Positions 33,348-46,945 of a DNA stretch of 64,000 nt are shown here, in pieces. The DNA comes from Rhodosorus marinus CCMP1338 (taxonomy: Eukaryota; Plantae; Rhodophyta). The DNA lies in contig JAMWBK010000006.1 of assembly GCA_029953675.1 (NCBI GenBank), positions 1-64,000 on the forward strand, given 5' to 3'. Every line of letters starts with the position of its first letter. Position 1 is the first letter of the stretch. Under the pieces are notes generated by a model, which was not told the DNA's origin, made no database searches, and saw only the letters and a list, made by a program, of their open reading frames with translations. A program made the translations under genes and the position numbers.

Positions 33348-36300
33348 ATGGCATCTCATGCTAAAAAGCTGAGAGCGTTTTCTGTTCCACGGAATGTACC
33401 GCTTGATGACAAGAAGGACCCAGCGGACTTGTATATCGTGCAAGACTCACCAGCCGATGATCCTGAAAAGATTTCGGAGGAGCTCGTTCTCAATGATACG
33501 ACGGTGATCTCTGGTCACGCAGAGTGGAGGAAGGTTTGGGAATTTGACAGTTGCATCAAAAATGGTTCTTCTGTGAACACCTCGAACTCAGGAGGACATT
33601 CGAACCCGCCGGTGAACATTGATTCCGGCGGGGTTGCACGAATAGCAAATAGAGTGGTGAGAAGATTTTTGAGGTTGAATTGTAACGAGGAGAGCGGAAG
33701 ATATTGCAAACCGTGGGAAAAGAGGGTAATTCACTGACACCATCGTTTCTCCTTGTGGTCGCCACTCGTGCAAATGCAGTCTGAATTGAGCAAGAGGAGA
33801 CCACGTGGTTTACGCTTTGTTTTGAAAGAACGGGACGACACGACCTTCTCTGAGCAATTAGCTTTTCCTCTGCAAAAGCCCAGCGTCAACATTGCGTTCG
33901 AGGAGTTTCTCCTCAGGCTTGCTCGAGGTACAGATTGCACTGGCGAAATGAAATCCAAGCCTTCGGACGCTTGAATTTGGTTAGGCAATGCTCTTCAAAG
34001 CTTCTTCGTTAATTGTCCAATTTGCCTGTGTTCCCTATTCCGTGCCAGGTCCATGTAAGGCCGTTTCAAAAGATGTTCCATTGGGGCCGGCCATATCCAG
34101 ATCCGTAGGGAAGACCTTAGAAATGATGATGGAAAAGAACATACCTCCGCAGGCGGCTGTCTGGTTTCTTAAGGTGGCCATACTGAATGAGTTGCCCAAA
34201 AAGACGAGGTTGAGATCTCACAAGAGGACTTGGGGAACCGCCCTCTTCAACGACCGGAGCTCTAAGCTACCCATCCTTTGTTTCTCATATCATGCCAGAC
34301 CTGACAAACCGCTTCCGTCCGCGAAATGGCTCTGGTTTAAGCTGGCATCGGAGCACTTCCGGGCCCAGCTAGAGTCGTACCGCGCTCTGAGCGTATCACC
34401 GCAAACGTCCGCATCAAAGTCTAACCAGTGGGAGTACTTTCTGAGCATTTTGCGCTTCCAGGCTGATGAAGGTAAGGCCTCCGTTGCTAAGAAAAGTTGC
34501 TTTTGCTACGCTCTCGTTGCAAATTATTCTGCGTGGAGTAGAGGGACGGTGACGTCCTCATCTTGATTTCTGAACTTCCCTTCTGCAATAGGCCTCCTCG
34601 ATGAGTCGAGCCTAGTGGGCCGGCTTCTGTTCGCAGAGCTTCGAAAGGAACTTCAGACTGACTATGGAGAAGACGAACGCCCTAGTTGCCCATTAGTTTT
34701 TCAGAAGCAACTTCTTGATATGCTTCTCGGTGCGATTCAGGAATTCGAGCCTGAAATTTTGGCGTCCCGCGAATCTACGGTGGCCCTCAATCAACTTTTG
34801 AAAACAGCAATGTCTCCCACTTCGGCTCGTTTCATGCCTTTCCGAAAACGCTTGTTGCAGGTCTCCAGAACCACTAACAAACGTCTTCTCGAAGTAGATT
34901 GTGTACCAAACTCGCAGGTATGCCAAAACAGAGAATCGAGATGGTCGGACTATATCTTATTTTGCATCGTCGAGGAGTGATTCCCTGGTGTCACAAATGT
35001 GCGCTTTCCGAACGCTTACCTTTTGTTCTTTCCTCCAAAGTTGTTGCTAGGAGACGATCAGAATCCAGGAACACCTAGATCTCGCGGAAGGAATAGAGGA
35101 ATGGTTTACGACCGTGATGCTTTTCACAAGAAGATGCTGCTCCTTGGCTGCCTAACGAAAATGGCTTGGACTGGCAACTTTTCCGAAGCTGTTGAGCTCT
35201 GCCAATCAGCTTTCAACACTACTACTGCTGCCGTGCGCTTTCTTGTTAAGTGGACCCTCTGTGGTACAACATCCACATGCCCTCTCGCCGGACTGACGTA
35301 CGTACTGAATCGCAACTACCCGAAAGACCGAGTCCTTCTGGTTTTCGAGAATTCTTCCGTTCCTGGAGGAGCTACTACGTTGAGAATATTAACAACCTCG
35401 TCCACGAACATGCCTTTCTGGCTAGTATGCTGACCTTTGCCTCCGTATCTTGGATACAGGGCTGGCTCTGTGATTAGACTATTGGAAAAGGCAAAGCGAA
35501 CGAGACCTCAACGGGCACAAGGTAGATTCATGTTCCAGAGACCAATTACTTCTGAAGTAGAAGTATGCCTGTCGAAGGGGTTGGCGGAATGTGACGCCGC
35601 AGTAGAATTTCTCCTGCACTTGAGCAGCGTTGGATGCTTTTCAATTAGTAACTATTTGAAGTACATCAGAGCAGGCCTTGCGAAGGCGCCAAAGTTACAT
35701 GGAATTGGAGAGGACCTGGTGAGGCGATTTCCGGAGACTATGGATCGCAACGCAACGCTTCTTCGAAGGCAAATACTCAAGAGCTTAGGGGTTGACAACA
35801 TGGAGGTGGGTGGGGAGAGGAAGCCTGTTTCTGGGAGTCCTTTATGCTTCAAATCATAGGCTCGAGATCCGATTCGCAACGTGCACGCTGAGCAAGAGTC
35901 TTCTGCCCTGATGCGTAGGCAACTGTGACCTTCGATCCAAGCGTCATCGAGCGGGTGCTTTCAAACGATCTAGTTTCTGCGAGGGCCGCGGGGAAGGAGC
36001 TGAGGAAGGGACATGGCCTTTCATCGAGACTGACCCATTGTGACATCGCTGTCAAGGTACGGAGTTAATTGTCAACAGCCCTGGTTGGAACAGATTTTCC
36101 CACCAAACCCGAACCGTCTCTGAAGATCATGATTGCTGCTCATCATTTGCGGAACACTTGCAGTGCGGAGAGGATGTGCGCGTTTCCGTCTTGGTGTCCT
36201 TTCTTCTGGAGGCGGGAGCCTACCGCACAGCTTCTTCGTTTCTTGTGGACATGCTGAAACACGTTGAAGAACGCGGCGACGCTAGGGATAAAGCTGATAT

Positions 36301-38052
36301 CATTAGTTCACTCTCCGGTATGGGCCTTCTCTTCAGTGCAAGAGGAGATCTTGATTTGGTCATGGACCTTGCAATGAACTGGTCAAAAAGTGAACCCCAG
36401 GCTGTGCAGAGGTAATGCCTCGTCTAGGAACCACGTCAAATATACTCCTGACGACAATCTCAACTCTCGTTGTTTCCTTGTGCTGATTGTTCACATTCTG
36501 TCGCGGACAGACTTTTGGGTGCGCTCGCCATCTCGTTCAAGGACACGTGCCCATCCTGGAAAAACTACATTCGAAACGGTATTCTACGAGGTTTGTCGTC
36601 CTCCATGGCTCGCGCGTTACGAGGTGAAAATGTCAACATAAGCTCATCCGCGGTATTAGAGCAGTACCTTGATGCGGGCATAGACATCTCTAGCGCAATC
36701 CAAGAACTTGGCGATTCGCGAAGAACTCTTGAGGAATTCATTATACCGCTTGTCAAGGTAGGTGCAGAGCTTGCAATAGAGAGAGAGAGAGCTGATTTCC
36801 ACATTCCCTCATTTTTTTGAATGGAAACTACTGGTTCTAACTGAGTGGCTGTGACTGGAACGCCTCCCAATGGACTAGCTCCGAAAGTCTGTGTGCGTTC
36901 CTAGCGAGATTCTTGCGTTCTTTGCAAGCGGATGCTCTCCCTCGACTGCGCTCGAACTACTGAACGTTATCATACAGTATGGTCTCGAAGCTGCGGAAAA
37001 AGTTGTACAGCATCCGTTCCTACGAAGTGCGGTTCTATCCGCAGGTCTTCCAGCCGCCCTATCGCAGCACGTCCCGGAGGAAATCCTGAAGCTATTCATC
37101 AGAAACCAGAGGAATCCCAGCAGGCAACTATCAGCTGTCGACGTGGTTAAAAACGCGAACATGTTGAACGGCAACCTCTTTGCAATGTGGCTGCAGCTCG
37201 AACTGAAGAGAACAAGTTTGACGACTTCGGAGGTAATGCGAAACAACTGGCACACGTGGAAGCGTTGTACTGACACGGTTTTCTGCGTTGCAGGTGGACG
37301 CTCTGGCTGCAGAAATCATGGCGCTTCTCGTAGAAGACAAGAGCATAGAGCCTTTGATTTACGACGTCCTGATCAAACCCGAGTCCTTGCGACTACGTGA
37401 AAGATTCTTGTCCATCCTGTTGACAAAGTTCAGCTCTGGATTTGAGGGCTTAATGGTCTCATCATCGGTACGCAGCCGCAAAATGACCTCCACATTTTTC
37501 AATGGCGATGTCAGTGAGCGCTAGCGGATGGCATTGGTGGATGTTCTCGCTGAACCGAAACTACTAAATTCTGGCCATGGCACCCAGGAGACTTCGAACA
37601 GGTCAACGGAAAGGCTCGTTGAAGTAGACACCATATGTTTCAATTTGCTGAAATATTTGAGTTTTCAATCAGACGTACACGTTGACTTTGAGCTTGTACA
37701 GGAGGACATGATAAAACAGTTGAAGCAGATCAAGGAGACCCTGGGGAACGTCTTGCCGGAGAAGCTTATGCACCACAAGTATGTTGGCAAGGCAGTGTTG
37801 AGGCGGATCGAACTCCTTGGAGGGGCTGGGTTCGATGGCCTCGTGGCGAACTCCACGGAACTCTTGCTACAGACGTTGGAGGTGGTTGTTCCGGCACTGG
37901 AGGAGTCTGAAGTTGAAGACATTCTCAGCGCAATCCAGGGATCGGAAAATCTGACGACGGAGGGAAAGGAACGTGATGAGAAGGGATTGAAAAGAAGGGT
38001 ATGTTCTTTCACGAAGGTCGTGAATTTTGTTCGAACAACATGTACTTCGTAG
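33348..38052 (+). CDS. MED12: Mediator complex subunit MED12-like, multi-exon, probably the functional copy
   Basis: Med12 N-terminal domain signature DVPLGPAISRSVGKTLEMMMEKNIPPQAAVWFLKVAILNE, an upstream PLDDKKDPADLY...PEKISEELV block, and QWEYFLSILRFQADE-GLLDE. The stops I checked fall in plausible GT-AG introns, and the indels relative to the distal copy that I checked are in frame. Full exon structure not verified. Confidence 0.75.
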
Positions 38053-38971
38053 CCGCAGAGAGGACGCTACTGAGCGAGAGCCTACGATACTGCTCGGCGG
38101 ACCAGTATCCTCGTTATTCTATTGACAAATGGCTTCTTTTCGTCGCCGGCCGTGTATCTTAATGTAATCGCTAATCATCTTTGTACCAGGTTGTCACTTC
38201 GAATGTACATTTTTGGCTATCCGCCAGGCAGAGGTTGATTCTTTGCTCTTCTTTTGCCGTGGCACGGGGAATGAACGGTGCCTACCGTCGAAGTATTGTC
38301 GCCTTTGCACCTTCCGAGGAGGCCCCAGCCAAACGGCGTTTATTGGACAATTGGAATCTGCTGGAAGGCCAGGGCCTGGATGCAACCATGAGCACGGCAA
38401 CGTTCGGAATCCAGATAAAGGGGGACTCAAAGCCAGTGCGCTTCTTGAAGAGGTATTCCTCATCGTATGCCTCGCTTTCTAAATAAGCATGGTGTGGAAA
38501 TAGGAAAATAAGAGCACTTGCGACCCGGACGGTTAAACTACTATCAGAGTGACCACCTGTCCAGGGGTTGGTTGATGTTGCGTCCTGGAGTTAAACTGGT
38601 CTGGAATTCGGTTCAGATACTGGCCGGTGCGCTGCTGCCCGATGGAGAAAGTCAAACTGACCCGGGGTTGGCTCTTTGAGAAGACGTCCCCAGTTTCTGT
38701 TGGACGCCTGAAAACTTATCATGAAACCGTTTATATACATATACGGAACTGGGACTTAAGCGCGCCGAGAACCAGCAAAACGTTTGACAGTGGTGATCGT
38801 GCCGTGTGCAAAGGATACTGAGCACTTTGTCTATACAGTCGAATTTCGCGGAGATTGACTAGGATCGTGATCGCCGACATAGAAAATCTGCCTGCTTCTG
38901 AGTTGTGATAAACGACCGCCACGCTTGCCGTTATGAAGTCAAACAATGTTATAAATGATTTTATTTATCGC

Positions 38972-41528
38972 TTAGTCTCTTTTCACACTGAGCATCGCTT
39001 TGAACGCCTCCTGTGGCACGTCCACCTTCCCGACGCTCTTCATGCGCTTCTTTCCTTCGGCTTGCTTTTTCAACAACTTCTTCTTCCTACTAATATCTCC
39101 TCCATAACACTTCGCAAGAACATCCTTTCTGAGCGCAGAGAGATGCTGTGAAGCAATAACTTTCCCTCCTATCGACGCCTGGATGGGCACTTTGAACTGC
39201 ATTCTCGGAATAATCTCTTTCAACTTCTTGCAAAGCTCCGCCCCAAGTCCGTACGCTTTTTCGCGGTGCACGATGCAAGCTAAAGCATCGATGGTCTCTC
39301 CATTCACACCTACGTCCAACTTCACCAGATCGTCCTGACGATACCCAATCATGCTGTACTCCATGGAAGCGTACCCCTTTGATCTGCTCTTCAGGTGATC
39401 AAAGAAGTCAGTCACAAGCTCTGCGAGAGGCATTTCGTAGACAAGAGTGGTCCTTCCCAAGACCAAATACCTAGGTTAAGCGTGAAGCGTGAAAGGCGCG
39501 GGTATTAAGTAACTTCCACTGAGCAAAACGGAATTGCAAGAAAATCTCATACCCGCCGCACTAATTGCGAGGTCATAGGGATAGAAATCTGGACACGAAG
39601 GAGGAAAGCGAACCAATATATCAAAGAAGAGCTAAGGAGTAGGTGGCCTACCTCATATCTAAGAAGTTTCCTCGCCGTTCCTGAGCCAATTCCATGAGGG
39701 GCCCGACAAACTCCTCCGGCGTGATCATTTCCAACTTCACGTAGGGTTCCTCAATGTATTCTCGCTTTGTTGCTTCGGGAAGATCAGCGGGGTTATCAAG
39801 CTTAAGGAAGAAATACACGAGTGTATTAGTTCGGAACTCCGAAGGAGAGTCGGCCGCATCAGCCACAGTTCTTCATGTACCCTTCTGAGTCACCTTACCA
39901 TCATCAGCTCACCCTTCACAGGTTTCACACGGTACACCACACTCGGAGCAGTGGTGATCAAGTCTATGCCATATTCTCTCTCAAGCCTTTCCTGTACAAC
40001 ATCCATGTGAAGAAGCCCAAGAAATCCGCAACGGAATCCAAACCCCATTGCCGCAGAGTTCTCTACTTCGTAGGATAGTGCTGCATCATTTAGCTTTAAC
40101 TTGCCAAGTGCATCCTTGAGTGCTGGATAGTCCCCAGCATCTATCGGAAAAATTCCCGCAAAAACCATGGGCTTCGCCTCCTCAAAGCCCGGGATCGGTT
40201 CTTCCGCCCCGTTTTTTGCGATTGTAATCGTATCCCCGACCTTGGCATCTTCAACACTTTTAACACCACTAATTAGGTACCTATTAGTCACACACGTTTT
40301 GTTGAAGCGCAAAAACCAAAGAAAGGGAGTTCATCTTGAGCTATCTCTGGATTTTTTTGTCTAGTCGCTTGCACAGGGGTCGCGCATATTCGTTCAAATG
40401 TGAACCTACCCGACCTCTCCAGACTCCAATAACCCTGTGGAAACCTGCTTGGGTGCAAGGACACCAATTTCGTCAGCGTCCAAGTTCTTTCCCGTGGCCA
40501 TCAACTTGATTTTCTCCCCTTCATGCAGTTGTCCGTCGAAAATGCGGAAGTAAGTCACGACTCCACGATATGAGTCATAATAGGAATCGTAGATAAGCGC
40601 TCGCAATGGCTTGTCGCTGTTGTCCTTTGGAGCTGGAATATTGTGCACGACGGATTCCAAAATTTCCGGAATCCCAATTCCAGCCTTTGCCGATGCCATG
40701 ATTGCGTTGGAACAGTCCAATCCAATTACTTCTTCAATCTCTCGCCTTACCCGTTCGGGCTCTGCTCCTGGTAAATCAATTTTGTTTAACACTGGAATAA
40801 TCTCAAGATCTTGTTCAATCGCCAGATACACATTGGCCAGTGTCTGAGCTTCAACTCCCTGGAGAAGGTGCAGATTTTTGGGGGAACACGAACCAACGGA
40901 AGAAAAAAAATGGTTAGCGAACTCGCTGGCAAAGCGTGAAGCATCGCAAAGCTCGGATTCGACCTGCCACCGTAACCGTATGAGAAAATTCTGAGGACCT
41001 CGTTCGTACCTGACTGGCATCAACGACTAAAAGCGCACCCTCGCATGCCATAAGTGATCTTGAAACTTCATAAGTGAAGTCCACATGCCCAGGTGTGTCG
41101 ATTAGATTCAAAGAATAATGCTCGCCATCGTCCGCAGTGTAGTTCATTCTCGCAGTCTGCAATTTTATAGTTATCCCCCTCTCCCTCTCCAAATCCATGT
41201 TGTCCAAAAATTGCTCCTTCAAATCCCTCGAGCTCACAGTTCCAGTCTCTTGCAGCAGCCTGTCCGCAAGCGTGGACTTACCGTGGTCAATGTGAGCAAT
41301 TATGCAGAAGTTTCTAATCCTTTCGGACGGAGTTTTCGTGTACGGAGGCAGCTGTTCGGTTTTCGCGCCTTCCTCAACCGCTGTTGGCACAACTCTTCGT
41401 ACTCTTCTCGTCTGACCACATACTCTTCCATTTGGAAATCTTACTGGAGACCCTTGTACTCGTTTGGATAACGCCAGACCGTCTACGCCCGGCTTCAATA
41501 TCCAACTGGGCACAAATCCAAGCTCCAT
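38972..41528 (-). CDS. GUF1: Translation factor GUF1/LepA (EF-4), plastid-targeted, multi-exon
   Basis: [91 protein letters not shown]-terminal transit-like extension. Confidence 0.97.
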
Positions 41529-42247
41529 GAAGGCAACACTGCTCTACCGCGCTGTGTCCAAACCTGTCACACAACGCTGAACAGGGTCAAACAAACGCAC
41601 CGAAAGAACTTCCAAGAGGACGTCTACGCAGCTCGATTACCGTGCCTTACACTTTCCCAATAAATTTTCTCTTCAGCCTTTTGCAACTACGAATGCACCC
41701 CTGCGTGCACGCTTTAGAAATCTTCCCAATTTACCCTCTTCTTCTGTTGTTCTACCAAAGCTCGGTAACCGGAGCCCGGCACTCTGATTTTTGCACTAGC
41801 AAAATGGGACACCACCAGAAAAAGTCGAAAACCTACCCTCTCCCCATGACCAAGCAAAAACAAGCAAAATCAAATTACATTACTTTTTTACAATCGGAGA
41901 GCCAATTACTACTCTCCACGAGTCTTAACCGCCTAACATAGGCCAGCAACGATCGGGGGAGATTGTCTCCTGACCGGACGAAAATACGAGAGCTCGGTTG
42001 GTACAAAACATATGAAAAGACACGTGCTGAATGATGAGTAGTAAGTTGATATTCGCAAGCGCGTTCAGAAGCAGAGGGTTGCCTACTGTTCCTTTTCATT
42101 TCGCTAGCCGCTTTTTGATGGTTGGAGCATTTTGAACTCCTCTCCAGAGCTAAGAATGTTACATCGACTGAACAACGTCTTCTTCACTAACGAAATTTTG
42201 TATATTCACGAGAGCAGCCACCGCACTACATGTAACCAATCGCCCAT

Positions 42248-42269
42248 GGGGTCGTTAGTCTGGGGTTAC
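42248..42269. other. Isolated telomere-repeat match in intergenic DNA (GGGGT-CGTTAGTCTGGGGTTAC)
   Basis: A 17-bp perfect match at 42253-42269, preceded by GGGGT (1.4 repeats with a 2-nt deletion). Function unknown. Confidence 0.85.
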
Positions 42270-42484
42270 CTGCCCTCTTGAAATGGGACTAACCTCCCAA
42301 TACGCTTGAAGGGTCTATTTACAATCATCCTTGTCTACACAGAGTGATCGACTTTGTGCTATCCTGCTCGCGCTCCACGCATCCAAGTCTCAATCCCGAA
42401 TGTACATGATTCAAAGGGCATGCAGGGCTCTCGCACGACCACCCACACACATCACGAGAACCGCAAGTCGAGGGAGCGTAATTC

Positions 42485-44522
42485 TCAGTTATCCTGAGAG
42501 CTCTCAAGAGGATCTGCGTCAAGATCCTGTTCCTGCAATTCTCCCGCAAGCCGATGTTAACAGGTCTTCAGCATCCTAAAACTTCAGTTTGTGTCACGGC
42601 TGAGAGTCAGTACTCAAGCTCACCTTCCATGGATGCTCTAGCGACTCCGGCAAGTTGTACGTGGACAGGGTCATCCCGAGGTAGCAAGCAGCGAGAATCG
42701 AAAAAGTACCCCAGGGGCCTGTCCGACGCACAGAATAGCTGAAAAATGTTCCAAATACGAGGGGTCCGAGCATGCGAAAGAATGCACCGCTTGACTGCGC
42801 GGTTCCTTGGGTAAGGCCCATCAGCTGGAGCGCGACCAGGCAGCCGAAAGAAAGCATTAGCGAGCACGCAGGAGTTTCCAAACTGCGGAAAATGACGGTT
42901 ATTAAGTTCGCTAATACTCACATCATGTGGGGACGCGTTCGCGATCAGCGCAATCAGAACAGGAAGGCCGCACATGAAGCCAATCGCCTGTGGTATAGTA
43001 CAAACCATTACAATGCCCATTCTTACAGAATTAACAATCGAAACCGCGACTAGTTCAGTTCCTAGCACTAAGCAAATGCTTCCAACACCCAACAGGAAGG
43101 TACCTACAAGAGTAGAAGCCCAACCGCGTTAGTTGAGCTCGTTGTACACGAGCCCTGACGTTAAAGGGAGACTTTTCCCATATCAGAGCTCAGCTACAGG
43201 AGCAGTTATCCCTGAATTGAACCACGCGCTGTGAACCAACTTCATGAATGACCAAGAACCGCGTCTGTCTTACCCACAGAATAGCTTTTACGGATTCCCG
43301 CAGTCTTGACCAAAGGCCCATACAAGAAAACCTGAAAGAGCAGCCCGACCACTCCATAGAACGCAAAGACCAGGCCAACTGCATTTGCGTTCATTCCGTA
43401 ACCACCCTCTCCATCACTCAAAGCTAACAACAAAACAAAACAAGTTACGATTCCTCCATTGAGACCTTGATGAAACATATGCAGTACCAACAACTTGAGA
43501 AGTGCGCTTCCTCCGAAGCGGTTCAAATCACGCAATCGGCCCAGCATAGAAGTCCCCTGGAATTGCATCATCTGCGCGTCTCCGGCGTTTGTCCTATCCT
43601 CTCGAGAGCGCGGTGGGCAGGTTTCAGGTAGGAACAACGCTGCTGCGATCGTAGTCAAGAGAACAAAGAAGCTTGACACAAAGCAGGGAAAGAGAAAAGG
43701 ATTGTCTGCCGCGAAGGGCAAAAACGGTAACATGATTCCCGAAGTGAAGCCAACAAACGCAGAGGAGAAGAATCTAGCCAAGCCCCAAGCTCCACCAAGA
43801 TATCTAGTGGACGGGCAAAGGATCTAGTTTAGAACCTATCCGGTGCACAATCAGTAAAACACGGCGTCAGCGTCGGGCCGTGGGGCTGTGCGTCTTTCAT
43901 ACCCGAAGATCATATTCCGTCGCTCGGCGTCCCAAGTGCGGGACAGGTCTGATATGCTTGACTTAGTCATGGTGATGTTTGCGTTAAAAAAACCACAAAG
44001 GAATCGATTGCCCACAGCCATCCATAAGCTTGTGCTCAGGGGGAACAGAGCTACAGTCACACAACTGGTTACCATGCCCAGCAGAATCACCGGTTTCCTC
44101 CCGTGAACGTCAGAAATGTCTCCCATCATTGCTGAGCTGATCGAGTTGCCCAAATGATAGGCTGAAGTTATCAAACCAACGGCGACTCCAACATGCGGCC
44201 CACTTAGCTTCAGATGCCCTTCGACAAACTCCGGTGCAATTGGAACTGGAATCATTAAGACGCAAACGTCAAAGATGGCAATCAAGAGGAGGATTACGAC
44301 AGCTACCCAAGGAGTCGCCTGGGGTCAACACAAGAACAATCGGGTCAGCGGGCACCACCTTCAAAACTTTGAGCGGGTTTGGTTCTCTCAGTTTTGACAA
44401 CCACGTACTTGATTGTCAGACGCAGTATCGGCTTTGATAACCGTGGGCTCCTCGAGCTCGCCGTCAGACTCTACGGGTTCAATGTCAACCGTCATGCCAA
44501 GCTCGTTTCCATTGTCAGGCAT
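42485..44522 (-). CDS. Major facilitator superfamily transporter, ZIFL/TCR-like, multi-exon
   Basis: GLITSAYHLGNSISSAMMGDISDVHGRKPVILLG, RFLCGFFNANITMTKS, GTAQSSGAFFRMLGPLVFG. Start and last exon were inferred from GT-AG sites. Confidence 0.9.
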
Positions 44523-44588
44523 GTTCAACGGTCAACGGCTCACAGCTGTAGCAAGTCGCCCGCGCGATGTCGAGGTTTCCGAACAATT

Positions 44589-45853
44589 CTATGTGAGAAC
44601 CTTGAACGGGCAACCTCTCACACGGAAGATCTTGTACCGGGGAAACAACCACAACGCAGTGCATGTCATGTCCCTGACTACCCCGCCGGCCGTACACCAC
44701 TCTCCTACAAGCCCCGACATGACTACCTCAATATGGATAGTGCAATTTCCCTGCCACAAGGCCGAATATACCTCCATAAACATGGAAGTTTTTCTCAGAC
44801 TTAAATTTCCGACCGTACAAACCTGCTTCACACCAACAGCATTGAGCCTCCACATTTGGTAGCTTTGGAACACACAAGACGATATTTGATTAGATTTTTG
44901 AGATTTTCTGAGGGATCTATGGAGAACTCTTGCCGCAGCCCATTCCCAGAAAAAGTTTTCCCTTCAAAATTGACAAGGATGCAACTGAGATTCCAAGCCG
45001 ATGTCAACAAGAAGATCTAAAAAAAAACCAAAAAAAAACGAAACTGTTGGGTTTAGATAGGGAAGTAATACGTACCAGAAACTGACCTATGGAATTTTTA
45101 TTCCAACATGGCTATATTTAAAGGGTTTGAAAGTTGCACAGCTCCATACAAGCGGTCTTGCCTCATGAATGTTGTCTTCTTGTGCTCCTCAGTCCAGGCC
45201 AAGGACTTGCAAAATTCGCCGCAGCGATTACCGATCGCGTAGCATGATTCGCAAGGTTCCATACTCATATTGGTAGCAAGCAGACCTGGTCAATAACGGC
45301 ATGGCATCAGCACATTCAGCGAATTCAGCACTTTCCCTTAACCCCTGGAAAAAGGAAACTAATATAATAGGATTGCGTTAGGAAAGGGAGCAGCAAGCAA
45401 CAACTCGTGCGTTCCGAAACGTGTAGTTCGCTTCGGAGCTCTCCTGGCTCGTCAAAGACCGAAGCAAGAGCGCGGACATATATTCGAATCTGAACGTACG
45501 ACGTTCTCCGACCTTCTAGGCATACAACATAAGAAGTAGTGCATGGTTCAATTACTGTATCGTCGTCGAAGCCAGGTCTGTTAAGCTCTGCGAAGCTACC
45601 CAAACCCACGCTCCACATGAAACAGAAAAGCGCCAGAGGATCACCTTAACAACCAGAACATCACTGTTATGATGGCACTGGCGGGGAGCCGGTGGAGAGC
45701 CTGCGGAGAACCTCCCATCATCCATTGATGATCATTGTGAGGTTCTGAACCAAGCCCACAACCAGTTCGGTACAATATATCGGAGCATCCTGGCAAAAAG
45801 GTAAATCTGCGCTTGGCACAGGATGACCCGCAAAGCCTGATACTTTCGATCAA
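44589..45853 (-). pseudogene. Possible decayed gene, unidentified
   Basis: Protein-like minus-strand frames interrupted by stops and frameshifts; no firm motif. Confidence 0.25.
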
Positions 45854-46945
45854 TTACTGAGAAAATAAAGAATGCCTTCACTCCTCCAAGGCTCGAGAGC
45901 TATAGGCAGACGAGCCCAATGACATACAATTCCGCCCGAGATTGGAGCTTTCAACAGAAAGCGCTTAGCTTCCCTCTGAAAGGCAGGGCACAAATGGAAG
46001 CTAGCTACATCAGATAATCAATCATTATCCTAGCCAGCAGTTTGAAATTCTAAAGCAATTCTATATTTCAGAGCTGGATGATGTTGCATTAGGATAAATC
46101 CATAACAAAATACGGCCAAGCTCCTCACGACCAGTCGCATGTGTATATCGCTAGAAATATATCTGCAAAATGGCATAATCTTTGAGCATTGTGTTGTTTT
46201 CTGGGGGTAGGGAGGGATTCTGCTGGACTAAGTCAACTCTAGGGCCACTTACGCTCTATAGAGTTCTGGGGTTGTTTTTTTCAAACAATTTCAGGTTCAA
46301 GAATTTTCATTATTTCAAGTTACGATCTAGGGCCCGATCATACTCGGCCAATAGGGCATTGCTCTCTTAGTATTTATCCAATTATTATACTCCACCTGTC
46401 CAAATTGTTGAATTTTTCTTTTCTTTTCGTCCTAGCTCCTCGAATCGGCATTTTTATTTTCAATTTGCTTTTTCAATCTTGTTTTCTGGTTTTTGCTTTG
46501 CTGAGAGGGTTTTGTTTATAGGTTGGGGTTTGTTTTTGCCCTCTCTGGCATTCAGCACAATGCTTTGTAGCGCATAAACAGGCACATTGGGTATCTATCC
46601 TCTATGAAAACAACTGCCAGCCAGAGAAGGCGGAGTTGGGGGGAAATCCGGTGGGGGGGGAGAGGGACTCATTCTTCGAGAGGTGGAATTCGATTTGACC
46701 CGATTTTTGGTGTTAGGACTGTCCAGCTTACGTGTGCCTTCGCGTGCAGACAGTGAGAGAGTGCTTTGCGGTTGTGAACTCTTGCCTCAATACCGGCGTT
46801 TCTCATCTTGGGGAAATCAGGAATCTACTCTGCGGATTAACAGAGAAAGGATTACCCCTCGAATTCACAAACGCATCGTGTACTGTCCTCGCAAGTGGGG
46901 AGGAACGGTCGGACGTTGTCGTAGGATTCGGGAGAGTATCCTAGA

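Larger units (their letters stand above)
31291..38893 (+). repeat. Segmental duplication, proximal copy
   Basis: Colinear with 15091-22770. It continues into unique flanks on both sides, so it is the likely source copy. Confidence 0.95.

Noticed and set aside
33348-38052. Both MED12 copies being pseudogenes because of shared in-ORF stops
   Set aside because: The shared stops I examined lie inside plausible GT-AG introns whose removal keeps the frame.
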